This document shows positions 16,935-27,900 of a DNA stretch of 64,000 nucleotides, piece by piece. Within the stretch, counting starts at the first letter, position 1. Each line of letters opens with the position of its first letter. Both the position numbers and the translations under genes were made by a program. Where the stretch lies: assembly GCA_002269645.1 (NCBI GenBank), contig NIVC01002502.1:62001-126000 (forward strand), given 5' to 3'. The stretch is from Macrostomum lignano. Lineage: Eukaryota. The notes below the pieces were generated by a model that was not told the origin of the DNA, made no database searches, and worked only from the letters and a program-made list of their open reading frames with translations.

Positions 16935-17663
16935 ATGACTCTCCAGTGGACAATTGTGGCCGGCTTTCTCTACGCTGAGATAGCCGCAGCGATAGCCCTA
17001 ATGCTGCCAGTGTTCAGCGTACAGCGCTGGCGCAAGATATTCCGTTCCCGCCTGCTGAGACGCCTGGACGCCTGGGGCAACGTGTACTTTAACATGTTCC
17101 TGGCCCTGCTAGTGCTGGCCGTGCTTGACGGCTTCCGCAGCGCCAGGAAGCACTCGCTAGAGGCCGACCAAGTGGAAGAGAAAGTCAACCCGCAGGGCCA
17201 CGCGCTCTGCCTGATGCGAATGTTCCGAGCTCAGCGCAATCTCTACATCGCTGGCGGCGCCCTGCTGCTCTGGCTTGTGCTCAAGTGGATGGTGCGGTCC
17301 GTGTCGCAGCGGGCTCTGACCGAGGCCGACCTTCTGGCTGCTCAGCGACAGCTGGACGGCGCCACCATCACGGCTAAGCGGCTCATGGAGTCTTCAACCT
17401 CTTCGACGTCGGCCGCCGCTGCTGGAGCCGGAGGCGGAGACGCCGACGCTCAGGCTACTAAAGATGAAGTTAAGAAGCTGCGCGACCGGCTGAAGGACAC
17501 CGAGGCGGAGCTGCGCAAGGCCCAGGCCAGTCTGGAGGCAATGACGTCGCAGGGCACCAGCGCTGGTCGGGCGTTCGACGAGCTGGCCGAGGAGAACGAA
17601 CAGCTGCGCAAGAAGCTGGCCAGGCTGGAGGGCCAGGAGCAGGAGGTGAAGAAAGACGCTTGA
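16935..17663 (+). CDS. BCAP31: B-cell receptor-associated protein 31/29 (BAP31), 242 aa, single coding exon
   Basis: MTLQWTIVAGFLYAEI N-terminus, three TM segments, FRAQRNLYIAG signature, C-terminal coiled coil and KKDA (KKXX ER-retrieval motif). Confidence 0.96.
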   Translation: MTLQWTIVAGFLYAEIAAAIALMLPVFSVQRWRKIFRSRLLRRLDAWGNVYFNMFLALLVLAVLDGFRSARKHSLEADQVEEKVNPQGHALCLMRMFRAQRNLYIAGGALLLWLVLKWMVRSVSQRALTEADLLAAQRQLDGATITAKRLMESSTSSTSAAAAGAGGGDADAQATKDEVKKLRDRLKDTEAELRKAQASLEAMTSQGTSAGRAFDELAEENEQLRKKLARLEGQEQEVKKDA

Positions 17664-17799
17664 ATTGTGGGCAGTTTTGCAGGATTTCTCCGTTTTCTAC
17701 TGTTGTTTCAAGGGCCAGCTTAAAGGGGTAGTAAAATATAGCGTAAATAACTTTTAAATCGTATTGACAACTTTTTGAAGGCTTAATATTGCGCGAGGC

Positions 17800-18455
17800 T
17801 TCCCCTTAGCAACAAGATTTTCGCCTTAGCAACAGGGTTTACCCCCTTTGCAACAGGATCTACACCTTAGCAACAGGGTTTACCCCTTAGCAACAGGATT
17901 TACCCCCTTTGCAACATGATCTACAACTTAGCAACAGGATCTACAACTTAGCAACAGGATCTACACCTTAGCAACAGGGTTTACCCCTTAGCAACAGGAT
18001 TTACCCCCTTTGCAACATGATCTACAACTTAGCAACAGGATCTACAACTTAGCAACAGGATCTACACCTTAGCAACAGGGTTTACCCCTTAGCAACAGGA
18101 TTTACCCCCTTTGCAACATGATCTACAACTTAGCAACAGGATCTACACCTTAACAACAGGATCTACAGCCTTAGCAACAAGATCTACACCTTAGCAACAG
18201 GATCTACACTTTAGCAACAGGATCTACACCTTAGCAACAGGGTTTACCCCTTAGCAACAGGATCTACACCTTAGCAACAGGGTTTACCCCTTAGCAACAG
18301 GATCTACACCTTAGCAACAGGGTTTACCCCTTAGCAACAAGATCTACACCTTAGCAACAGGGTTTACCCCTTAGCAACAGGATTTACACCTTAGCAACAA
18401 GGTTTACCTCTTAGCAACAGAATCTAAGCTTCAGCAACAGAGTTTTACCTAGCAA
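17800..18455. repeat. 20-21-bp minisatellite with (C)CTTAGCAACAGG core
   Basis: Units CCTTAGCAACAGGATCTACA and CCTTAGCAACAGGGTTTACC alternate, with TTGCAACATG variants. Confidence 0.95.
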
Positions 18456-19257
18456 AGGAGCTCCACCATAGAAACTAGCTGTCCGTTAATTAGAAAGAAG
18501 TGTGTTTTTGCGTCATCTTTTGCTATCCAGGATCATTTTGTTGTTTGTTTGTTAAAGTCAAAGACGATTAAGCTTAATAATTGTAGACTGCATAAAGTTT
18601 CGAAAGAAAGTTTAAAAAAAATTCATTTCAGTTTTTCCCATTTTCGCATATCGGTGACCGTTCGTGTTTGAATTTTAGTCTTCATATTAAATATATTTAT
18701 TATAGTGAACTGTAGTGTCTGCTTGTTCTATGCATGTATTTATAATTTATTTTTCAGAATTTTACCCTATAAGCCTTGTGTACGTCATATTTATCCGCCA
18801 TCAAATATTGAAAAAATTAAACTCTAAAATATATTTATGTTAAATAATTATTTAAGTGGCCTAAGTAAGCCATTTTCTGAGCAAAATTCTTAATTTTAAA
18901 TCTTATTAATGGTAACTTCTTATGAGTTTATTTATCTTTTTTATTTTGCTTGGATTAAAAGTGAGGAGTACACTGCCCCCCCTCGAGGATTGAAAATGAT
19001 TAAATAAAGGATTATATATATTTGAGGATTATATATTTAAGTCGGGTATATAAAATAACAGGTGCAAGGTTTAAACACTTCTGCTAACAAACAAACAAAC
19101 TGTTACAAACAAACGACCGAACCTGTGACAAGTCAGAATGTCTGAAGTATTTATTGGAGTTTAAGTTCAGCTCAACTCAATCTGCGATGACTCGATTGAA
19201 AATCAGCGACACAGCTCGATTCCCGATGTTCTGCTCAACGAGAGCGGCGACAGTGCA

Positions 19258-20277
19258 TTGGAGTTAAATGAGGGCGACAGTGTCCTCATTGATATAACCA
19301 AGTCGAAGTCCGAGGGGTCGCAGGTAAAGGACGGAGAGTCTCGCGATGAGATCGGTGAGTCTCTCGTTGTAGACAGAGAGTCTCTAGTTGAGCATGCAAA
19401 GCCTTGCGTTGAGGACGGTGAGTCTCATGTTGAAGACGGAGAGTCTCATGTTGAAGACGGAGAGTCTCATGTTGAAGACGGAGAGTCTCATGTTGAAGAC
19501 GGAGAGTCTCGAGTTGAAGACGGAGAGTCTCATGTTGAAGACGGAGAGTCTCGAGTTGAAGACGGAGAGTCTCATGTTGAAGACGAGAGAGTCTCGCGTT
19601 GAAGATGGAGAGTCTCGCGTTGAGGACGGAGAGTCTCATGTTGAAGATGGGAGAGTCTCACGTTGAAGATGGAGTCTCGAGTTGAGAACGAGGATTCGCA
19701 TGAAGAGAAGTCGCAACAGGACAGCGTGTTGAAGAATCTGCCACGCAAGACGCACCGAAGTGTCCTGTCTGACTTCAATGACGACTGTGACTTCTGGACG
19801 GAGATCGCAGAGCCGACTGCGCGCATAAGTACATCGTGTACGACGACGATGACTGCTACAACGACGCGACGGATGAATGGCGCAGCGAGAACGCATTCGT
19901 CTCGATGAAGTACGAAACCAACGAGCTTCAGGAGCGGCTGGACCTCGTCAGCCAGCGAAGCTGGATTGAGGAAGATTTTCTCAACGCTGTCAATACATGT
20001 AAATTCAGAATCAGCGGATTCAACATGCCTGCTAAGAGAATCCTGGACTTGAACAAACGAAAATCAGCGAGAGGAGCTGAACAAAGTGGCCAAAACGGTC
20101 TGGATGGAGAGGATCAGCATCCCAGACGGTTCCATGGTCATGCCGGAGTACCGCATAGTTCGAGACGGCAGCACCTACGGTTGCATGGTGTTTTGCACGC
20201 CAAAAACAGATCCGGCTTCCATTGAATGGTTGGCCGTTTCGACGCGTATTTTTGGATCTTCGATGCCAATAGGTTGA
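19258..20277 (+). pseudogene. Frame-disrupted acidic ORF of unknown family, with an internal 21-bp coding-like repeat (VEDGESH)n
   Basis: Strong GC3-biased codon usage over consecutive ORFs 19258-19602, 19663-19908, 19836-20225 and 20086-20277. Apparent frameshifts within the 21-mer repeat, near 19790 and near 20050. No family recognised; assembly errors are an alternative to pseudogenisation. Confidence 0.5.
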
Positions 20278-20434
20278 TTGGCCCAGTTGTGCTCCTCGAA
20301 TGGAATTTGAAACTTACCCAATGCTAGAGGTACGGGTACCAGAACCCCATTAGAGCCAAAAGGTACAAGATTAGCGGGTGAAGACTCTGGAATCGTTCCA
20401 CCTGTAGAAAACAGAAATCATTCTAGAGAACATA

Positions 20435-21060
20435 GAACCCTTCTAGAGACCCTGGAACCCTTCCAGAGACCCTGGAACCTTTCTAGATACCCTGGAACCC
20501 TTCCAGAGAACATGGAACAATTCTAGAGACCCTAAAATCATTCTTGAGAGCATAGAACCCTTCCAGAGACCCTAGCTGGAACCATTAAGACCCTGGAACC
20601 CTTCCAGAGACCCTGGAACCCTTCCAGAGACCCTGGAACAATTCTAGAGACCCTGGAACCATTCTAGAGACCCTGGAACCATTCTAGAGACCCTGGAACC
20701 ATTCTAGAGACCCTGGAACCCTTCCAGAGACCCTGGAACAATTCTAGAGACCCTGGAACCATTCTAGAGACCCTGGAACCATTCTAGAGACCCTGGAACC
20801 ATTCTAGAGACCCTAGAACCATTCTAGAGACCCTGGAACCCTTCCAGAGACCCTGGAACCATTCTAGAGACCCTGGAACCCTTCTAGAGACCCTGGAACC
20901 CTTCTAGAGACCCTGGAACCATTCCAGAGACCCTGGAACCATTCTAGAGACCCTGGAACCATTCTAGAGACCATGGAACCCTTCTAGAGACCCTGGAACC
21001 CTTATAGCGACCCTGGAACTCTTACAGAGAACATAGAACCATTCTAAAAGTATATGGAAT
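20435..21060. repeat. 20-bp (CCCTGGAACCATTCTAGAGA)n minisatellite
   Basis: Direct inspection. Confidence 0.93.
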
Positions 21061-21529
21061 GGAACCCTTTCCAGAGATCCATGAACCAGTCTAGAGCCCC
21101 TGGAAGCCTTCTAGAGAACATGGAATTCTAGGAACCACAAAGAACCCGAAACCCTTTTACTCGCTAAAAATTTTCACCAATGACAATTGAGGGTAGGCTC
21201 GTATTCTGTGACTGTCTAAACTTGGGAGTCTACTTCGACATGGTCCAAGTTGCGGCGGCGAGAGGCGGCGGGTCAAGAACCTGGCCTGTCTGGTGGCAGT
21301 CTTTGAAAAGCCAGCCAGCCAGAGGACGAGTGCTGAGCGGCACTGGTCTCAGTTTATGCTGCAGTTTTTTAATCCACTCTTTTTATACCCAAATATTTGT
21401 GAATTACTCGATATATGCAGAAATATGCTCGTATAGCTTGAACAAATTCGGTTACCCGTAATAACTTCTTCGATTATATTGGTTAAGTCGTGTGCATTTG
21501 AATACCAATCTCGTATCCTCTCTTGGACA

Positions 21530-21915
21530 TCCCCATCCTTTCCCATCCCCAAATCCTATTCCTTACATCCCACCCCATATCTCATCCCCCATACCCCACC
21601 CCCATTCCCCACATTCCCGATATTCCATTCGCGATATCCCTTTCCCCATATCCCAACCCCCATGCCCCATTCCCCTTTATCCCATCCCCCATATCCTATC
21701 CTCTATATCCCATACTCCATATCCCATCCCCCATATCACATCCCCCCATATCCCATCCCCCATATCCCATCCCCCATATCCCATCCCCCATATCCTATCC
21801 TCCATACCCCACATCCCACCCCCATACCCCATCCCCCATATCCCATTCCCAATATTCCATCCCTAATATCCCATTCACGATATCCCATTCCCGATATCCC
21901 ACCCCCATATCCCAT
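21530..21915. repeat. Degenerate (ATATCCCATCCCCC)-type repeat
   Basis: Direct inspection; explains the PIPHPPY ORFs. Confidence 0.85.
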
Positions 21916-22529
21916 CCTCATCCTCTCCTCTCGAAATGACGAGAAGCATCAGAAAAACAACTTCGCTCAAAAATGTCTATTATATGACAATTGATGAGAA
22001 TGATCAGATGGTCAATTGCAAATTGGGCGAGCTAAAATATTATTATTGCACACAATGTGCACGGGTTTGTGTGTGTCACTGGGTGCATTGCTTGTCTGTA
22101 AGCAGAACAGAAAGAAATATAGTTAGGATTTACAACAGTGAACACCAAGGATCATAGAATAATATAATAACCGAGTTAACAAAGTCTCAGTCCAAATACG
22201 GAGGCAAATGCACACAAATCCTAGCTGAGATGCAATAAGGTGTCACGCACGAGAGCAAGAATAGTTTTAGTCTAGCAAAGTTCATTCTTGAGCAACAACT
22301 GACAACAGTTAAGCAGAGGGTATAGGAGTATTTAATAGGGAAATTTACAGACCAATAATTCGAATCAATACACAATCGAACACATGCGAGCTAAAATACT
22401 TGGGCACATTCAGGCGGACAAGCAATCGGAAATTGCATTATTGGAGAACTTGGACAAAGAATAGCGACAGAGGTGGGGGCAAAGGCTGGGAGGGTAGCTT
22501 CAGGGATAGCCTCAGGAGTATCTTCAGAG

Positions 22530-24680
22530 GAAGGATAGCTTCAGGGGTATCATCAGAGGAAGGATAGCTTCAGGGGTATCATCAGAGAAAGGATAGCTTC
22601 AGGGGCATCATCAGAGGGGGATAGCTTCAGGGGTATCATCAGAGGAGGATAGCTTCAGGGGTATCATCAGAGGGGGGGATAGCTTCAGGGGTATCATCAG
22701 AGGAAGGATAGCTTCAGGGGTATCATCAGAAGGAGGATAGCTTCAGGGGTATCTTCAGAGGAAGGATAGCTTCAGGGGTATCATCAGAGGGGGAGGGGGG
22801 GTAGCTTCAGGGGCATCATCAGAGGGGGGGGGGTAGCTTCAGGGGTATCATCAGAGGGAGGATAGCTTCAGGGGTATCTTCAGAGGAAGGATAGCTTCAG
22901 GGGTATCATCAGAGGGGGAGGGGGGGTAGCTTCAGGGGCATCATCAGAGGGGGGGGGTAGCTTCAGGGGTATCATCAGAGGGAGGATAGCTTCAGGGGTA
23001 TCTTCAGAGGAAGGATAGCTTCAGGGGTATCATCAGAGGGGGAGGGGGGGTAGCTTCAGGGGTATCATCAGAGGGAGGATAGCTTCAGGGGTATCATCAG
23101 AAGGAGGATAGCTTCAGGGGTATCTTCAGAGGAAGGATAGCTTCAGGGGTATCATCAGAGGGGGAGGGGGGGTAGCTTCAGGGGTATCATCAGAGGGAGG
23201 ATAGCTTCAGGGGTATCATCAGAGAAAGGATAGCTTCAGGGGTATCATCAGAGGAAGGATAGCTTCAGGGGTATCATCAGAAGGAGGATAGCTTCAGGGG
23301 TATCTTCAGAGGAAGGATAGCTTCAGGGGTATCATCAGAGGGGGAGGGGGGGTAGCTTCAGGGGCATCATCAGAGGGGGGGGTAGCTTCAGGGGTATCAT
23401 CAGAGGGAGGATAGCTTCAGGGGTATCTTCAGAGGAAGGATAGCTTCAGGGGTATCATCAGAGGGGGAGGGGGGGTAGCTTCAGGGGTATCATCAGAGGG
23501 AGGATAGCTTCAGGGGTATCATCAGAAGGAGGATAGCTTCAGGGGTATCATCAGAGGGAGGATAGCTTCAGGGGTATCATCAGAGGGAGGATAGCTTCAG
23601 GGGTATCATCAGAAGGAGGATAGCTTCAGGGGTATCATCAGAGGGAGGATAGCTTCAGGGGTATCATCAGAGGGGGAGGGGGGGTAGCTTCAGGGGTATC
23701 ATCAGAGGAAGGATAGCTTCAGGGGTATCATCAGAGGGAGGATAGCTTCAGGGGTATCCTTCAGAAGGAGGAGAGCTTCAGGGGTATCATCAGAGGGGGA
23801 GGGGGGTAGCTTCAGGGGTATCATCAGAGGGGGAGGGGGGTAGCTTCAGGGGTATCATCAGAGGGGGAGGGGGCAGCTTCAGGGGTATCATCAGAGGAAG
23901 GATAGCTTCAGGGGTATCATCAGAGGGAGGATAGCTTCAGGGGTATCATCAGAGGGAGGATAGCTTCAGGGGCATCATCAGAGGGGGGGGGATAGCTTCA
24001 GGGGTATCATCAGAGGAAGGATAGCTTCAGGGGTATCATCAGAGGGAGGATAGCTTCAGGGGTATCATCAGAGGGAGGATAGCTTCAGGGGTATCATCAG
24101 AGGGGGGGATAGCTTCAGGGGTATCATCAGAGGAAGGATAGCTTCAGGGGTATCATCAGAGGGAGGATAGCTTCAGGGGTATCATCAGAGGGAGGATAGC
24201 TTCAGGGGTATCATCAGAGGGAGGATAGCTTCAGGGGTATCATCAGAGGGAGGATAGCTTCAGGGGTATCATCAGAGGGAGGATAGCTTCAGGGGTATCA
24301 TCAGAGGGAGGATAGCTTCAGGGGTATCATCAGAGGAAGGATAGCTTCAGGGGTATCATCAGAGGAAGGATAGCTTCAGGGGTATCATCAGAGAAAGGAT
24401 AGCTTCAGGGGCATCATCAGAGGGGGGGGATAGCTTCAGGGGTATCATCAGAGGGAGGATAGTTTCAGGGGTATCATCAGAGGGAGGATAGTTTCAGGGG
24501 TATCATCAGAGGGACGATAGCTTCAGGGGTATCATCAGAGGGACGATAGCTTCAGGGGTATCATCAGAGGGAGGATAGCTTCAGGGGTATCATCAGAAGG
24601 AGGATAGCTTCAGGGGTATCATCAGAGGGACGATAGCTTCAGGGGTATCATCAGAGGGAGGATAGCTTCAGGGGTATGTT
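22530..24680. repeat. ~29-bp G-rich minisatellite GGATAGCTTCAGGGGTATCATCAGAGGGA
   Basis: About 70 contiguous units with a variable G-run; lies 3' of paralogue A. Confidence 0.96.
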
Positions 24681-24956
24681 CAGAGGGAGGGTAGCTTTAG
24701 GAGAGTGGCTTTAAGAAAGGTTAGCTTCAGAAGGGCAGATTCAGGGGCAACTTTGAGGGAGGGTATCTTCAGAAGAGTAGCTTCAGGAGCATCTTTTGAG
24801 GGGGTATCTTCAGGAGAGTGGCTTCAGGGGAGGTTAGCTTCAGGAGGTGGCTTCAGGTAAGTAGTTCGAGGACACCAGCTGTACGTCCGTCAGAGAAATT
24901 AGCTGACTTTCTCTCAATCTATTAAAAACATTTCGCGGCCTCAGCGACCGGCAGCT

Positions 24957-27900
24957 TCACTCGAAACCGCTGCCGTTGCCATCTGGCTCGGAGCCGCCGC
25001 CCATGGACTGGTGCTGCTGCTGCTGCTGCTGCTGAAAGTCTGGTCGAATCGCCCAGTCAGGCGCGCCAGGCGGCACCAGTCTGGCGCTGCGGGCGCCCGC
25101 GTCGCGCCGACATTTTTCTAGCTGGGCGCGCTGCTTGACGGTGGCGAATCGCCGCAGGAACATCGAGTCCAGAGCGGATTTGATCTCTCTGACCCGGTCG
25201 GACTCCCACACTAGCTGGCGGACGCGCAAGTTCTCAGACTCGTCCTCCTCGTCCGACGATGTGAGATCCCGTGTGAGCACCAGGCGGTACTGCTCAAGAT
25301 CGTCCGGGGTCAGGGACGGCAGCAGCGACTCGAACGCTTTTTGCCTGCGGCTCAGTTTCTGGGCAGAATGTGTTGCACAGGATTGCAGACAGTTAGACAT
25401 GCCTGGCAGCTTAGGGATCGATATCCTCACTGTGGGAGCTTAGGGATCGATATCCTCACTGTGGGAGCTTAGGGATCGATATCCTCATTCTGGGAGCTTA
25501 GGAATCGATACCCTCACTGTGGGAGCTTAGGGATCGATATCCTCATTCTGGGAGCTTAGGGATCGATACCCTCACTGTGGGAGCTTAGGGATCGATATCC
25601 TCACTGTGGAAGCTTGGGGATCGATACCCTCACTGTGGGAGCTTAGGGATCGATACCCTCACTGTGGGAGCTTAGGGATCGATATCCTCACTGTGGAAGC
25701 TTAGGGATCGATATCCTCACTGTGGGAGCTTAGGGATCGATACCCTCACTGTGGGAGCTTAGGGATCGATATCCTCACTGTGGAAGCTTGGGGATCGATA
25801 CCCTCACTGTGGGAGCTTAGGGATCGATACCCTCACTGTGGGAGCTTAGGGATCGATATCCTCACTGTGGAAGCTTGGGGATCGATACCCTCACTGTGGG
25901 AGCTTAGGGATCGATACCCTCACTGTGGGAGCTTAGGGATCGATATCCTCACTGTGGAAGCTTAGGGATCGATATCCTCACTGTGGGAGCTTAGGGATCG
26001 ATATCCTCACTGTGGGAGCTTAGGGATCGATATCCTCACTGTGGGAGCTTAGGGATCGATATCCTCACTGTGGGAGCTTAGGGATCGATATCCTCACTGT
26101 GGGAGCTTAAGGATCGATATCCTCACTGTGGGAGCTTAGGGATCGATATCCTCACTGTGGGAGCTTAGGGATCAATATCCTGATCTAGGTGTATCCGGGC
26201 ACTAGCATCTTACGCTGTTCCTGCGCAGATATTTCCTGGAATCCTTGCGCCAATTTAACAAAGTTGTAAAAACGCATTTTCGAAGTTCGCCTTGAGGAGT
26301 TCATACGAAAAAATGAAAATGATGATTATAACTAGCTAAAAGCAATTACAATAGCTTAACTATTGAAGCATATTGCAGAGATTGAAGTATGCTATAGATT
26401 TAACACTGGGCAAACTCAATTAAAGTTCAACAGCACACGGATACCTGTTTGAGCTTGTTGCACCTAGCGGCAGACCTGCGCCTAATACCAATCCATTTAG
26501 TCTCGTTAATAAACTGGCTGCGACAAGCGCCTGAGTGACAGTTTATAGCAAATTATACAGTTATATAAGAGTTGTTTAATCGACATTTCAGCCTTGATGG
26601 CCTGTGGCTCCACCGAACGAGTGAAGGCTGCCTGGGTTCACTTTGATACAGTGAACTAATACGTTTTCAGTATACTAATCTACATTTAATTTTCGATTAA
26701 AGACTTACTGAAGCAACTGCAACACCTTCTCTTGGTCCTCTGGTAAGCCTTCAACCTTCCCCAGTCCTATGGTGGGCTTCCAGTTCCAAGGTCCTATGGT
26801 GGGCTTCCAGTTCCAAGGTCCTATGGTGGGCTTCCGGTTTCAAGGTCCTTTGCTGGGCTTCCAGTTCCAAGGTCCTCTGCTGGGCTTCCAGTTCCAAGGT
26901 CCTATAGTGAGCTTCCAGTTCCAAGGTCCTATGGTGCGCTTCCAGTTCCAAGGTCCTATGGTGGGCTTCCAGTTCCAAGGTCCTATGGTGGGCTTCCGGT
27001 TTCAAGGTCCTTTGCTGGGCTTCCAGTTCCAAGGTCCTCTGCTGGGCTTCCAGTTCCAAGGTCCTATAGTGAGCTTCCAGTTCCAAGGTCCTATGGTGGG
27101 CTTCCAGTTCCAAGGTCCTCTAGTGGGCTTCCAGTTCCAAGGTCCTATGGTGGGCTTCCAGTTCCAAGGTCCTCTGCTGGGCTTCCAGTTCCAAGGTCCT
27201 ATAGTGAGCTTCCAGTTCCAAGGTCCTATGGTGGGCTTCCAGTTCCAAGGTCCTATAGTGAGCTTCCAGTTCCAAGGTCCTATGGTGGGCTTCCTGTTCC
27301 AAGGTCCTCTAGTGGGCTTCCAGTTCCAAGGTCCTATGGTGGGCTTCCAGTTCCAAGGTCCTCTGCTGGGCTTCCAGTTCCAAGGTCCTATAGTGAGCTT
27401 CCAGTTCCAAGGTCCTATGGTGGGCTTCCAGTTCCAAGGTCCTCTAGTGGGCTTCCAGTTCCAAGGTCCTCTGCTGGGCTTCCAGTTCCAAGGTCCTCTA
27501 GTGGGCTTCCAGTTCCAAGGTCCTATGGTGGGCTTCCAGTTCCAAGGTCCTCTAGTGGGCTTCCAGTTCCAAGGTCCTATGGTGGGCTTCCAGTTCCAAG
27601 GTCCTCTAGTGGGCTTCCAGTTCCAAGGTCCTATGGTGGGCTTCCAGTTCCAAGGTCCTCTAGTGGGCTTCCAGTTCCAAGGTCCTATGGTGGGCTTCCA
27701 GTTCCAAGGTTCTCTAGTGGGCTTCCAGTTCCAAGGTCCTATGGTGGGCTTCCAGTTCCAAGGTCCTCTAGTGGGCTTCCAGTTCCAAGGTCCTATGGTG
27801 GGCTTCCAGTTCCAAGGTCCTCTGCTGGGCTTCCAGTTCCAAGGTCCTATAGTGAGCTTCCAGTTCCAAGGTCCTATGGTGGGCTTCCAGTTCCAAGGTC

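Noticed and set aside
20050-20180. Cytochrome P450 PERF-like motif NYAVLRHDHGTVWDADPLHPDRF on the minus strand
   Set aside because: It is the shadow frame of the GC3-biased plus-strand ORF; ExxR and the heme Cys motif are absent in the correct order.
26190-26280. Nuclear-receptor LBD-like motif FVKLAQGFQEISAQEQRKML on the minus strand
   Set aside because: It is an alternative frame of exon A3, whose splice phases and A1 similarity support the other frame; it stops shortly after and has no other NR exons.
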